Below the pieces are notes generated by a model that saw only the letters and a program-made list of their open reading frames with translations, made no database searches and was not told where the DNA came from. Position numbers and translations under genes: made by a program. 64,000 nt of DNA from Fimbriosthenelais zetlandica (Eukaryota): positions 35,526,001 to 35,590,000 of the forward strand of contig OZ365110.1 in NCBI GenBank assembly GCA_977030845.1, written 5' to 3'. Of this stretch, positions 1-15,171 are shown piece after piece. Position 1 is the first letter of the stretch; every line of letters starts with the position of its first letter.

Positions 1-3000
1 GTGCCAGCAGCATACGCTCAACATATGTGCGGGGAAAACGGAGCAAATGATGCTGATCACATCGACAGTGAGCAAGTTTAGTATCTTATGAGCATCTCAA
101 CTTTAGACTACATGTAGTCCTATGCATGTAGCATTGATATAACATAGACAAGTACTTCTTTACTATTCCCAATATTGGCTCAGACTAATTCACAAAAATG
201 GATGGCCTATTGTAAATTTTACCATGAAAATCAATTACCATTATCATGATTGTTGGCTATGGTATGGATTTTTTGAAAGAAAAGTATTAGGCAGGCTACG
301 TACCTTAATAATGTTCAAGATACTCAGGAAATTGAAGTATTACGGTGAAGCTCAGCCTAAACCTTCATAACGCCCTGAAAAATAAATGAAATTCCGGTAG
401 CGCATTCTCACCGGAAGTGTTGAATTAACGTCTTTAGAACATGGAATATTTGAATGAAAACTTTGGCTTAAACAAAATGAATGGGTGTCATTTCCGCATT
501 GCCAAAAGAATCTGCGCATGCTTTCATTTTGCACCTTTTTTCCGTCTGAAAAAAGATAATTGAAAATGCAGTGGGTCAGCGGACTGCAGGCCGCCAGCAA
601 TCGCCCAGCACAAAAAGAACGTATTAAACTCTGGAGCAGTGAGACCGCCATTGGAGGAGGCGATAAAATATTGTCTGACGGAATGGGAACTGGTAAAGCG
701 GGACTAGCTGTCATCTTTGGGCTTTGCCTTTGTAGCAGAGTGATGCCTTCTTGGGGAGCTTGAAGATGCCGCATGGTGAGAAATCAATCCCCCTGGGATT
801 CCTAAGATATTGGTTCTCAATGTCCCTACTTCAAAGCTCTGGTTTCCCCTACCTTGTCAACACTCTAATCGGGGAGCCCACTGCTAACGGCCAACGCCAA
901 TCGATAAGAGACGTTTGCCTTTCTGAAAATGGAGAAAAATAAATAGGGTTAGGGAGGAGTGACTTGCTCATGACATGTGTGTCACATTATTGCTTGTCCA
1001 TCATCTGCTTGCGGGGTGACCCCCCTTCCTGCTTGATAGTGGAAAAGAGGAGCGGGGAGGTGATGGAGAAAGTGACAAGGGGACCTGTCCGCGGAGCACG
1101 GCACCTGCCTCAAGAATTCTTCCCATTATGCCACCTGCAAGCTGGTCGACCACCTCCAGCGACTTCATATTGGAGTAAAGCTTAATCGATAAACCACTGA
1201 GGCAGTTATAAAGCTTCTCTCTGAACCCCAAAGCTTCCAGAAGTCTATAATTGTATACGTGCCCACCTGTCACATTTCTGATCTATATTAATTACTTCGG
1301 TTCAGGTGGGAAGTTCTATTATAATATTGCATGTTCTATGATATATGAGTTGCCTCTCACTTTCTTGTTCACTTTCAAAGTCATTGTCACAACATGAGAA
1401 GATGTGGTATGGAGATTGAATTTCCTGATGGTCTCATCTTTATTTAGCCTAAATATTGAATTTACAGGATGTTCTTCCAAGTTAGCCAACCCATCTAAAG
1501 AACAAGGTTCTATCATACATGGCATTGCCTACATATTCAGTACACTATTAAAGACGTAGCAAAGAAGATAGTAATTCTATGTTATTTCCTAGAAATCCCA
1601 AGCATTCTTGAGTTGAACTAGTACTGAGGGAGGACTATAGTTTACATTACTGAACTGCATCCTGGAGTCATGAAGTCCTGTTCTTATAGACTGTTGAAGA
1701 TAAAACATAAAGCATGGTATATAGTCGCACCCAGGAGGCCATGATCCAGCAATCAATATCAGCCCCCATAATGACTGGTGATATATGATTGAATTATAGA
1801 AGTGGACGTCTTTATGAGGCACTAAATCGGTTTAATACTCTCTAGCCTATACGAGAGAAGACAGAGATTCTATCTATAGCTCTCAGTCTGTAGATGAATG
1901 AATACACATCAGCCGCTTGGATCTCCTATTATAATCAACCGTCATTGATCTGGGGACAATCCCATAAGTGTTTTTCTTTCACCAGTGGCAGTGGGCCAGC
2001 TTGCTAGTTACCTTTATGTTTACTACATTCTGATTTATCTCCACTGTTATCGGGGGTAGCACCGTCATAAATTGCAAAGGGGAAGCCGTCACTACTAGAG
2101 TCTCCCTCCGACCTCCCCCGGCTGATATCTCATCCTTAGGGACCTTCCAGATGCCATTAAAACAGAGGAAAGAAATGGGCGGCGGGGTTGGGAAAGATCA
2201 AAGGAAGTCTGATCAAGATCCTCGCCTTCTGCACGGGGGAAAGGGCATTAAGATCAGAGGTTGACATCAGAGGTGTAATGTTAGACCTCCGATTGCCCTC
2301 ACACCCCTTGTGTACCCGAGTACCAGCCAACCAGTCCATGACGTTTAGAAGTCTGAGAACCAGAAAGGCAGGCTACCTCTCACTCACTCACTCTCTCTTC
2401 CAATTCCTCCCATGTTGAGTGACATTCAGATAGAAACCCTTTCTTAATCGATCATGATGTGGTAACAATACAAAGATGCCTCAGTGGCTGCATGTACATT
2501 TCACCAGACTAGACTTGCCAGATGTGTGGCGGCCTTATTTTGTCATTCACGTCCGTCCTACATGGGTATTGAGTTGATCTGGGGATCAGTTATGCATTGG
2601 CCTGTGTTAGTCTGATAACACTGATCGATGATACAACATCAGAGAGTGGAGAGGCGTCATCACCCGAGCAGCTCAGTTCCTCCTCCAGCTGAGCAACTCG
2701 CTCCTATACATAACGCCAGCACAAAAGACATCTTTTCTGGAAAAAATAGAAATGTACCAGCGACGCCTTTTCCTTCAACTCATTCAGCCTGGCTAACTGA
2801 GATTCATGTGTCTGGAGCACATCACAAGTAAACCGAGTACGTCGGTGATTTATTTAAGTTTTTTTGTACAATTACAAGTGATTTCTCTGCACCAATTGGT
2901 CGTCCTGGCCCATATTCACCCCTTTTCCGCACATTAAACAGCGAGAAACCTGCTCGGGGTTTACAAAGGAATAATTCTGAGGCACATCACTGGTGACCAT

Positions 3001-3024
3001 GATGCTGCTCCCTTTGCATGGTGT

Positions 3025-3069
3025 GCCATTTTTTCACCCTTCACTGTGGCATTTTTTTCACTCCACTGT
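3025..3069 (+). repeat. Two-copy ~23-bp tandem duplication
   Basis: gccattttttcacccttcactgt followed by ggcatttttttcactccactgt. Confidence 0.5.
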
Positions 3070-6000
3070 TTCCCTACTGCTCCTTGAGTGTCTATTCCAG
3101 TCGGTCGCCCCTGCTGTACCCCTCTCCGCTCTTTGATTCAAGCACCCCACGTCCTTCTGACTAACGCTGCACTTAATTCCTTGCCTGAACACCTGGAACG
3201 TTTCCCGCCTTGGACTAAGCCCAGCTCAGTGGCTCTGATAGGGAGCAGACTAAACGATGGGGTCTGCTTGATAGTTTTCACATGGCCTGAAATACAACCC
3301 CCTGAAGAGAATATATCTCACTGTCCAGAGCCCAATCAAACGGGGGTACACCCTATATGCCTCAGTCTGTACTTAGTCCGGGTCAAGGCCTCTAGCTGGA
3401 CCTTAATTAATCACATTAATGTAAACCAGAAGTTGCCGTGACAGGAGGAACCCGAGTGGGAATGGGTTTTCGAGAGTTTCTGGGCGGTACGAACTGTTTC
3501 TGATGACCCGTTGATTTATTTTAGGGGTTTGTTGTGAACCCTTCTATACTGCCACTGGTGATGGCATCTACGTTACTTCAGTTTCCCTTCATATCTGCTT
3601 TATATTTTCAAAATATATTCGAAACCTAATACATTTACAATCAGAACTCCACCATTGCAAATATGAAGCCTCTGATGATAATTGTTTTAATAAGTGAACT
3701 GAACTTACCACTTATGGAGAAGTTGGTGTATCGCACTCCGAAGGCCATTTTACCCTTGACATCACAAACCTGGTGTACAATATCATCTAGAAGCTAGATT
3801 CCCGTGATGCATTGAGAGATGAGTATCAGTTATTGTCTACGCATAGAAATATCTCCTCAATCAAGTACCTAGATAGCCTCTCGATATTGGCTAGCACCCT
3901 CAGCCAAATGGCGGTATATTGTGCCGATCAGACAGCTTGCCTCATAAGCTATAGATATTGTCTGTTGAGAGAGAGAACGAGGCTAGATTCATCGAGGCGA
4001 GGATGGGGAACGCTCATGTATTTTGATCCCTTTCTAGGTACATTCAGGTACATGGTACAATTCTCTAAGAGCCAAAAATCGACATACCCTCAGATGACAG
4101 TGGGCGATATTAGAGGTGACAAGGAAGAACATGGACGGACGCGACCCCATGTGACCAGGGTGATAACAGGGAGTCACGTGATGAGATTTTGGCGACCTTG
4201 CCATCCCTGACTGTTTGATGCCACGTCTTCCTCCCTCTAGTAATTATATCACTTTTGGACCAGCCTCCTTCCGGTTAAATCACGCAGCCTCTGGGGTTTA
4301 CAGATACTGTCATCATCATCATATTCACCTCCACATGTCAGTGAACACACTCTGTCACTTTTAAGGTGCACCAGGGTATCGTATAGAGAAGCACATGCAC
4401 ACGATACTAGTCATATTGCTAGTGTTATTTATTGACATGGCACATCATTCATCCAGCGGAAGTGGCAATAAAGACCTTGCCCGTGATCTCAGCTCTCTCT
4501 TTGTACACTTCCTCAGCACTTTATGAAAAATGGTCTGGCCAGCGTAGAATATCAAGGATCTTCTTTTTCCCAATGAATGTGTTGGTTGGTCCTTGTGTAT
4601 ACAGAGCGCTATTTCTAGTTCAGATTCTGGGTTGGAAATTGAATATGTCGGGACTTTCTCAGGTCGATACTGGTTGTAAGTGCCCTGCGATTTGCAGTAA
4701 GTTATTGGTTAATAGATGGCTGGTCTATACCTTCTGGTTGCTGTTAGTTGAACACTGTTCCCTAAATGTTACCTAAGTGCATATGTGTACAATATTGCAG
4801 GGATCACTGACTGAGCCTCCCTCTGAGCCACTGTACCAGGCTGAGGTTTTTTAACTGTAGCAGCCTGAAATATGTACCAATTTTAAAATGCTGCCTTTTC
4901 ATGATAATGTCAGCACCTGACGTAGATGTGGTATATGGTTCTTGCTGGTTGTCAGAGTAGATTCTTTTCACATGTTGTTTTAGTATATTATGATAAGGCT
5001 TCAGACCTCCAGCTCCAGGTTGGAGGTGGGTATATTGAAGGTTGTTTTCCAGGTGTTCCCTTTAACATCTGAGCAAGGAGTCAGAGTGTTGGGTGGCCAT
5101 GCACCCATTGGGTTGCGGGTTTGTGGGTGGGTGGCTGGTATAATGTAGGGGAGGAGTGGGACTGATGGAGCCCGACCAGGGGCGAGCCAGGGGGTGGAAA
5201 ATATGGCCTGTAGAACAGCCCTCTCCTGTGTGGGAACATGATCTTAGGCTCTCGAAAACCACAATGTCATAGACACTATACAATGATCTTTCCCTAATCA
5301 GGAGCCCATTTAAATACAAAAATCAGACGTAGCATTGCCAATTTTAAAAATAAGCCCCAGGAATGTTTCGGAAAACTGGACTAAAATATGCAGGTTTGCT
5401 TGCCAGCTTTTTATATTATATTAAAGTATATTTTGGAATATCATGGAGCATGGCCCATAGGGGAATGGCTTTGGCTCTGGAATGGAAAGCAATGTGCTTT
5501 GCATGCTTTGCCCTGTCACCCCAGTTACATGTCCGGGTTTTGGGTTGCCAGGAAACAGGACTTGACATCCCCCTGGTCCTATGTTTGTCCCTCTAGTCCT
5601 GGCTTGATGATACGCTTGTCAATACGATGAGCATGTGCTATGTTAAAAGGTAGCAAAGGGGCATTGGCTCATTACTGGAATTATCCTCCACCGATGCAAG
5701 TCCCCCATGTTGGTATGTTAGGCCACATCAATAGTCCAGATGTGACCCAATGAGCGTGTGGCCTGGGATTTTGTGCGGGATTGCACTCCACCCGACTAGC
5801 TCACATATGATACGATCATACAGACAGTAATATTGCCTATTTCCACAGGCCATATAGGGGCCAACACTTGGCGACCTTTTTCTACATTTATATTTTAAGC
5901 ATCCGATCAATTTTCAGAGGGAGCTGCCCCCTCGAAATGTAGGCAAAAATGGATTCTGGTGAACGAATTTAAATAATTTGCAACTGTGCCATTTGCTTCC

Positions 6001-6618
6001 ACTGCCGTGAAATTATTAGGATCCGATGTCTCGTCTGTGAAGGCTTTGAGGTCACATGTCACCCTGCCACGGCGCGAAATCAATCTGCTGCTGTCCAAGT
6101 GATTTAGCTAGGGTATTTGTCATTTTCTGGAGCTCTCTCCAAAAACGAGGGTTGTGATGATTTTTGGATGTAGACATCAAGGAACGTTAAGCTTCTGTTT
6201 TAAGGCATCCCATCTGATTGATGTGCACATAGTGCTTGCAAAAGCTGTTAACCGGCAAATTTACGAGTACCTTATGTGATTGTTTTGGTTTACATTTTTC
6301 TGGACTTATCTCCAATTCGCCTTTCTATTAATCTTCGGGATATTTTGTGCTTGAGATTTCTTAATCAGTTCTAAGAACAAGGGGATATGATATCGCTGTG
6401 AGGAAAATTAGTTTGAAGTTTCTTTTAAAAAATTTAATGAGGATATTGCTGTACTCATATCTTATTACCGAAATTTGCTAGTCGATTGGCAAGAAAGTTA
6501 TCTTGCCGCTCCTTTTAAGTGTTACTGCCTAGATTGTAATCTAGACATCCATATCTGTACACACTAGCACATCAAACCATAATTACGATTCAGATTTTGC
6601 CCCGTATCGTATTACTAA

Positions 6619-6835
6619 AGCGTGGAATTCACTGATCCGATTCTTCAATCCGTCGCCATCCGAACCTCCATTTCTAATCCAATGATTGAAATTTTGTCTC
6701 TGGTTTGCCTTACTCAGGTGTAATTGCTTGTTCAAATTAAAAGCATTTGAATAGAATAGCATGTGAATAGAAATGTAGTTTCGGACAGCTATCAGATGGA
6801 TCCGGATGGAGAATCGGATTAGTGTGTTCCAGGCT
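6619..6835. mobile_element. Non-autonomous MITE, probably PIF/Harbinger (Tourist-like), 217 bp
   Basis: Imperfect inverted arms 6619-6676 (agcgtggaattcactgatccgattcttcaatccg..) and 6768-6835 (..cggatggagaatcggattagtgtgttccaggct). TAA flanks both ends (6616-18, 6836-38). A 3-bp TAA/TTA target-site duplication is the PIF/Harbinger signature. No ORF. Confidence 0.65.
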
Positions 6836-9800
6836 TAACTGGGAAGACGTCAGTAACGTGTTTGTTGGCCTAGCTAATATGACGATTTGTGCTTGCTTGA
6901 CTTTGACTCCGTCCACCACAAGAAAGTCCAATATAATATTCTAAGCTTCAATCAACCACACTCTATAATATATCACCTTGACTGTGAACGTAAAAAGTCC
7001 AGCAGTGGGCTTTTATTTCCCTTCAATTCCTGGACATTAGAGGCATCCCACTCCACCATTCTGCAAGTGGCTAGAGTTCCTTTCTAAGATTACTATTCCA
7101 AGCACAGACCATAGAGACAGCTGGGTGGTCGCTGCCAATTTCTTACGAGGCACCACCGTCATGCTGCCTGCCTATTATGTGGGGAGGTGGATGCTGGAGG
7201 TAAGAGGGTGGGCGAATTTGGAGGCGGTTCCCATGTCATACCTCATCCCGCATGTCACGCCTCACCTAACATTCCACCGCCATCTATTCCGACTTTCGAT
7301 GCCTTTCCGCCATCCCCACTTGTCATTCCGTGTTTTACGCTGGCCCTAATTATCCTCCTCTCATTACAAATTGCATCTTTCGGGGACTTGATGAAAACTA
7401 GAATGGATCCCAATCTAACCATATCAAGGGTCTGCTCCGACTAGTCATTTTCAGTGGATTAGACAGGCTTACAAGCCCTATATATAAGCATCCTTTGGGG
7501 GTGAATTATAAGTTGTACCCCTGACCTGGGTATCAGTCAAAAGACAGCCACCCAGGTAGGTGGACGCGTTTATCAAGTCTCCATGTTCTACTCGGGGATT
7601 GTCCCTCTAAGCCCACCCCCTCCGTTATCCTCCCCCACCCACCACCTCTCACTCATTTTCCCCTCCGGTATCGTTCGTAAATCTGGTCAGAGCAGATATT
7701 ACATGCCTCAGCTTCAGCTGCCTCCTGATTACACAAATGACCACTCAACCCAGCGCTTTATAATCAGAGATGACCGATCACGACCTCCGTGTCACATCCC
7801 TCATGTCCAGGCCTATTTCTTAGGGCCACTTATGTCATGTCTCTGACGCGTGCTTAATGGTTGTTTATCATGAGTTGTGATCAAACCAGGGGGGGCCATG
7901 TTTACATGGCTGACCGAGCAGAAACAATGAGGTCATTGCGCATGCATTTTTCTTCGAGCAGCTCGATCCTGACCGAGTTGTTGTCGTCTGCTCAAAGGAA
8001 TGCCCTCTCAGTGCATTATTCATGCATGGATGACTGATCATGAAATGAAAACCATGAATGTAATTCATGTACTAACAGATCAGAAGCGGTGGGTTGGCAT
8101 TTTGTTTTTGTGGAACATGATGAAAAATTAAATGATAACATCTAAATATTTGAAGCAGTGACATCAGACATGTCTTACTGGGTCATTTGTGAAGATGCTC
8201 TCTCTCTCTTTAGTGGGAAGTTCTATTTATGACTCATTTTATTAGATCAGATGGCTCCATCTCTGGAACCATTTAACATTGTTGTCATAATCTGTAATGG
8301 AAACGCAATTAAAGTGAAATGGACCGTGTAGCACTTCTACATCCACTTCACGCTGTGGGTCTGCATACAGATTTAAAATAGACCCCCTTAATGTACTCTG
8401 AGAGGATTTCTTTAAAATAAACTCTCTACCTATAATTCATATATAGACCCAAGAAGTTTTTTATGGCTTCCTTTCTATAGGACGTCCGTCTCAATATTGG
8501 ATCATGTCTTTGTGGTTCACTCCTTGCATATTTTGTCTGTGGCCCTCAGCCTGCACACAGCTGGACAGTTCTTACCATACAGACTTTATTCCATGGAATT
8601 GTTTGTGATTGCTCTGGCAGTCGGACTCTGCTATGTAGGGCGGCATTCTTCAGGGATTTGATATTTTAGATGGTAGTTATGTGGGAGATGGGGGCGTTTG
8701 CCATACTGCTGTGTCCGACCCGATCAACATCTATAACAGACAGAAGTGGTGCTATGCTACAACTTGTAGGCATTTATGTAATATGCAACCCCACTTATGC
8801 TTCTGTGAAGATAATGAGGTATTATATTTTAATAGTTTTTCATATAATGCAATTTGCGATGGATATTGAATACGATCCATATGACTCCCCTCTATTCATT
8901 TACAATGGAGAAGTCCATGGCCATTTCGTTCTGAAAGTCATGATATTGTTTCATAAGGAGTGACTGAAGAAGACACATCCCATTAAAGTAAAGAACACAA
9001 GAGGGTGTATGGACAATACCCACTTGCCATCACAACCCGTGCCATCTGCTTTTGATCCTTAACCAATTACAGTCACTGGAGCCTAACAGCAGGGAATAAC
9101 TCTAAGTAAATCAATTGCTTTGACCATCTGTTCTTAGGAAGAAAAAGAACAAGAAAAAATGTTATCTTTTAAGACAAAAGGGTGAGAGTGTTTTAGGTGG
9201 GAAGTTTTTTCTTGGGAGGCCCTCGGTATGTACCTCCTCCAGGAGCTAGGGTCTCCTCCTGCCCCCCTCCAGGCTCGCTAATATGATTATCAGTATCTGG
9301 AGTGGAGGCTCTAGCAGGGCCTCTGATCGTCTGACCAGAAGTAATTACATTTCTAGCTGACTATTCAGAAATGCTGACAGGCTCGGCCCTACTTTTAAAA
9401 TACTGTTGAAAAGCTGACTGTATGTACTTTAGGGAGGCCCCATGCAGTTGGCACCGACCGCCTGATATTGGGCACAAATGGGGAGCAAATACTTGAAGTG
9501 AATCGATTCGCTTGATGCATTGTGGGGCATGCCTTGCAGACAGGGCTGAAGGTAGGAGGGGAGGAAGGTCGGATGGATGCATCTTGCTAAGGTAAATGTC
9601 GAACCGACCAAGTTGAACAGTGGGGAATACAATCTAATACACCTCCTATACTTATATTCCCAGCCCTTGATGTCATTTTTTTCTTTTCATAACTTACGTT
9701 ATATTACCCTTATAGATTTTTTTACCTTCGGATCTATAATGAAACCATGTTTAAGATCTCTACTGCTGCATGGATAAAAGAGCAAGTCCTGTGAAAGTTC

Positions 9801-12800
9801 TCTTGGATATTGAAAATAGAATTCACTGACTGATCTCAAGATCGAAGATTAAAAGCATCCATCTATATTCGCCACGTGATCTAAAAATCCCAGAAGGCTA
9901 AAGGCTTAGGAGAGTTTCTGATTAATCCAATCTCCCATAACTCAGATTTAGATGAAAGACTACCATGATTCCATCATAAATGATGCCTCACTGTTTCACA
10001 TTAATCAGTTCCAGGAGTCCTGCATGAAAGAAACGTTTTAAAACTGACTTACATGTGCAATCAAGGGAAGGCATGAGACTTTTTTAATACATAAATTTTC
10101 GAAATTGTTGGAATAAGGACATATTTTTCGTTGCATCTTGGCATCGTATAATTGGCACATGCATGCAAACTCATCCATCATCAATTATTTTAGCACGTAA
10201 ATTCTTGCTAAGCAAGTGACTTACCTTCGTCCATATCGGGACTAAAGTTGGCTTCCCCTTGCCCTGGTTGTGATACAAGAATGATTTCTGGCCAGCGATC
10301 GATTATGCCCATTTAAACGAGCTGGCGATGGACAAGCGACTTGATTAGCTTGACCCCGGTGCCCTTCCGGCTCTCTCGTGCCAGATGTCGTGAAGGATTA
10401 CGTCACCGAACCGATTGACGGCACTTCCGTCAGGCCACCTTGAGGCAACTAATCAAAGTACAGCAAAATGCAATGAATTTTCGCCGGGTTGTTAATTCTT
10501 TTTGCACCATGACAAATGATTGAATTATTCTCCTTATCTGCTTTGTCAAAATGGCCTGAGATCTCTATCAAGCTATGCTGAATCTCATTAATATTAATGA
10601 CACAAATATGACCAAGAAAATGCATTTTGCAAAAGTGGATTGTTGACGGCAATAGAGTCCTTGGCTAATCAATGCTCCTTTATGTCCCATCTTTCTGTGC
10701 TGAAAAGCAACGGAAAAAATAATTTCCTGGAAGAATTTACGATCCTAATTCAAGAAGATGGATTGGCAGTTATTGCTCTTGAATGTCGCTCATAACCTTC
10801 TTGACAGCAGCCTCAAGACGCAGCCGGGACGCCGATGTGGCTAATAAGCTATTCTTCCATATTGGATAAGAAATGGATCGGTCTTCACTTACTTTATCAT
10901 CGTGTTAGATCGGGAGAGATGTTCATCATGGCAAGCCGTGATGAGATGTGTCTATAATAGACTGAGGTAAACACTCCCCAGAGGCCAGAGTGGATAAGGG
11001 AGCAGAGATTGGTTGGAGCATCCCCCTCTGACATAAACCGTAAAATTAAACCGTAATTTATTGGAACAACCCTCGTAAAATCTGCATAAAAACCAGGGCT
11101 TATATCGACAGTGTGTTTAGGTGATCTTTTATCATCTCCGACTTTTGATGGAACGTTGTAATGAATAGTTCTTCTTATTAAGACGCACTGTGGTCTTCAT
11201 CAGTAAAAATGAGCATATAACTAAAATCAGTGAATATGGACCTTTGAATAAAACATGAAGAAAAAAGTCATTTTTGATTGACTTGACTGATTTGAGTCCC
11301 GATTTACACTCCTATCTTTAGATCGTGTTCACCGACCCCTCCATGAATCGGTGCAAGAACATCATGACGTATGACCACGATGTGGAAAGGTAATGAGAAA
11401 CGTCCCTGAACCCTCGTTTCTTGTCCATAGATCTTCATAGATCAACTGTGGAGTCATGTAGTTGAACAAATGAAAAATAACCACTTGGCTGCCCTCTGTC
11501 ACCAGAGTCACCAGAGGCATGCCTTTAACTATGATCCCAATCTCTCAGTGTCTAGATTAACACTTTGATTCATATCTGTGATAACAAGCAGAGATTAGTT
11601 TTTAAACGGTGACGCTGGCTCGTAGCAGGTATCCAGTTCACCTGGTGAATACAGTGTAGGGAAACTGTAGAGAGATGAGTGGGCGAAACTGTAAAGGTCC
11701 CTACAGTCGGAGGTTGGTACGGGCCAAATAAATGGGGCCTTGGCTGGGCACTTTGACTTTGTACCCCGAGGGCAGGCGTTAATTTGTGTCCTTCCTCTGC
11801 CTGTCTGATCGTTTAGAAGACAGATTGTGTGAAGCATGGCTTTGGCATCAATTTGGATGATGGTATTTATGGTTGGATCCCCAATCCTATTGGATTTAAG
11901 ATTTTTGCTCCAACTATTTTCGGCCCACACACTTCTCAAATTTCTGTCTCATTACATGGAGGGGTGATGGGATTTGATAGCCCATGAAAACTTTCTTTAA
12001 TCTTTGAAGAAGAAAATAAATGGGGAAAAAATGCATGGGAATTTTCGTGCAGTTAAAACATGCAGACTTCATTTGTCCAGGTGTTCCCTGAAACATGGGC
12101 TATTTGGAAAGTAATGGCTGAAGGGGAGGTACTGTGTGTCAAAAAATATTATGACCATAAATTTCAAGCCAGCCTCCAGGTGTTGGATTCGGAACTCCCC
12201 TGGTCAAATCTCTCGATCCTTTTTGGTGACATGGACTTTCCATTACTGTTGAATCACTTGAGGAAATATGAGGAACTTCTTTCTCTTTCTGGAAGATTTT
12301 ATTCGATGGTGATGAACTTTTCGCCTTACATATTGGAATTTCATTCATTTTTTAATGAAGGGAAACCAGCGTCGGGAAAGTGTACAAGCTTTTCCCTGCT
12401 GGTCTGTATCTGCCCCTCAGATTAATCACAAGTCTTTCCCTTCACTGTGAGGGATTACAATGCGAATTGAGGGCAGTTGGAACAGTTGTCCATCAATGTT
12501 TTTATGACCAAGTGATCAATGGAGCGATGGAATGTTTCAAACCTAGCCAGAGCCTCCAATGTAAGTCTGACTGTATACGAACATGTCCTTTTGATGGATG
12601 ACTTGCTGGTTCAGCAACTCTGGGTCAAATTAGATTCATTTTACTGGGGGTGATTACGAAGGTCCAATTGTCCATTTCCATTTTCGATCGAAGGCTGATT
12701 TAAATTTCACCTCGTCTGGCTTTTAAGCAATTGCATCCGCTGCACACTTGTCACCTTGTAAAGGAGCGAGTTGAAACCCCTGTTTGTGTATGTACCTTTT

Positions 12801-15171
12801 GTTATTGTAACCAATGTTGCACCCCGGGTTTCTCGCCCTCCTCCGTACCTCTCTCTGAGGCCACTGACCCAGAGCACCCAGTGACCGCAGTCCAATACTT
12901 CTTGGGTTTCCAGTAGTGATACCTCACTAAAATACTTCAGAGTCTGGCGGTATTCGAGTATCCATCTTTTACTGACATTTGGAGCAGTTTTTTCATCCAA
13001 ATATTCAGCCATTTGTCCCTCGAGTTTACTGGTAAATCGATTAGTTAAATGTCCATATATTCGACTGACATTGGTACATAAACGAGGGAAAAAGAAAGAG
13101 GAATTGTCGTTGTATTTAGGTTTAACCAAATGCAACCCACATCTGACAAAGGGCAGTCTTGGCACATTGGTGTAGGCAGATATATGCCTGCCATTTATGC
13201 ATTCTTCTTGGAATGTGATCTCCAGCACTTAAGGAACAAAGGATACACACGTAGTCACAATAAAAGCGACTATGTCAATAACCTTAGTAAGTAGGGCCAG
13301 TTTGAAGGGGGATGAATAATGCATGCATCCACATATAGACGCCTTTGCTCTCTATTCATTATGCATGTGGATCTCTCTGTTATGGCTCCATGCCTTTTTG
13401 CAAGTCTCAGTTTCTTCTGTTGCCATCGTTTCTTACTGTAATTGCTTTAGTGAGAAATTTGAAGAACCAATGCAAAAATGAATGATGCATCCCCGATCGT
13501 GTGCATGAGTCAAGGTCATGTTAAAATGAAGATTTTTTGTAGTTTGTTGAGCCATTTTCCGATCGTGTTTTATTTTAACATGTTTACCTTTCACATACTA
13601 TCACAATGCCTAATGCTTCGACATCGACATGTTCATGACGATCTTGTGAAGTCTGATGTTGAAACTCCTTATATAAATATACAGACATTAGAGATAAAGC
13701 CCTTTTTCTCTCTGTTCTGAACTATCTACCGTGTTTGAAATAGATCATGTTAACATAGTCCTATCCTGCTTTTGATGATAGTGAAATATGCCAATCGATA
13801 ACTTGGATCCATTGGTACCATACTATGTAACATAATTATGCTGCGTGTGATCATGGATACAAAACATAATAACCATAATATTTTGAATAGATATCCCATA
13901 GAATCTTCTGAGAAAACTCATGAGTATAGTCCTATAAGTAAGTTATGAATCTCCAACCACTTATTTGAGGTGAGTTATAAGCCTTCTAATGTACTGCTTC
14001 CATGGATTATACTATTTCCCATTGCTAGTTTCTCGGTTCTGAAACATCTAAATTAATAGCCACTGACTGTTTTCCATCCTCTCCCCTAATAGATCCAAGG
14101 AAGTAAATGTCTAATTAATGTATATATCTAGAAATGATGCCGCATTTTTTTTAGTCTCTCCGAATAATAAGAAGTAGGGATTTATCACGGAATAACCACA
14201 GGCATTCCCCTTGGTGTTAAGGTTCCCTATGCAATATTTAGACGGCCAAGACAGAACTTTTATATTCCCTTAATTAGAGGTTAGATAAAGCTATCCTCAA
14301 AGGCCTTTAAGTTAATTTTTAACTAAGGAAAAGGGATAATTATCCTGCTGGGTCGCTAATTGGACCCCATCTCATATTAGAGCAGTGAGACCTTGTCACA
14401 TACATTCAATCCATTGACTATGGAATACCTTTCTTCACTGGCTATATCCTATCTATAGCCTTTGTGTAACGAAGGATCATGTCCACAATGATGATTTTAT
14501 GTTGCTGAAAGCAGTGGGGGAGCCCCCTATAAATTATCTAGAGGCAAACCAAAGTCAGTACCTGACTGGTTTTATTCGCAGGCTTCTATCTTCTCGTGTA
14601 GCCTACCAGTGATCCACTTGCCTCTCTCAGTCTCAGCTATCAAAACACACCTCACCACCCACTTATCATGTGAACCTGATGAAACCTTTACTAACGGACA
14701 ACTGACTGACATAGAGCCCGATAATACCAGTGCCTCCGAGCTCTTATCCTGCTATTCCCAGACTCAAAGCTTCCCTAGTGTTTTGTCTACACAAAGGTTC
14801 ATTGTACCTATACATGTGACTATATATAAGGTATATTTGACATACCATTTTACCACTGGTTTTCATAGATTTTACTTATTTTATTCCTTTAAGATGTAAC
14901 TAAATAAGGACATGTGTGACTGAGAAATATATATAAGGTCCCAAGATCCTATCCTTTACAGAAAATATATTTGTTTTAGTTCAGAATTCATCATTCGGTG
15001 TTCCAGCTATTTACAATAAATAAGATAAAACTTGTCTGGTGACATTCTCGAGCTGCTCCTTCATTGAGAAATCTTCCCCATTGACATGAACATCTCCTTC
15101 CACCTTTCCACTGCTCTTCTGGCAAATGTTGAGGCAGGGGGTGGACTATAGCACATGTAGTTTTGATCTCC

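Noticed and set aside
2195-2204. Perfect TCF/LEF site AGATCAAAGG, and scattered ATTTGCAT octamers
   Set aside because: Isolated short motifs occur at about chance frequency in 64 kb and cannot be supported without conservation data.
4605-4675. AG..GTAAGT-bounded segment close to 72 nt, a candidate for the missing upstream slit exon
   Set aside because: It is 71 nt, and the translation (ALFLVQILGWKLNMSG..) has no LRR pattern.
12707-13228. Longest ORF in the track (173 aa, minus strand)
   Set aside because: No recognisable domain or motif and no splice context. The length is compatible with chance in 64 kb at about 40% GC. The same applies to 352-774, 3812-4210, 25539-25961 and the other short ORFs.
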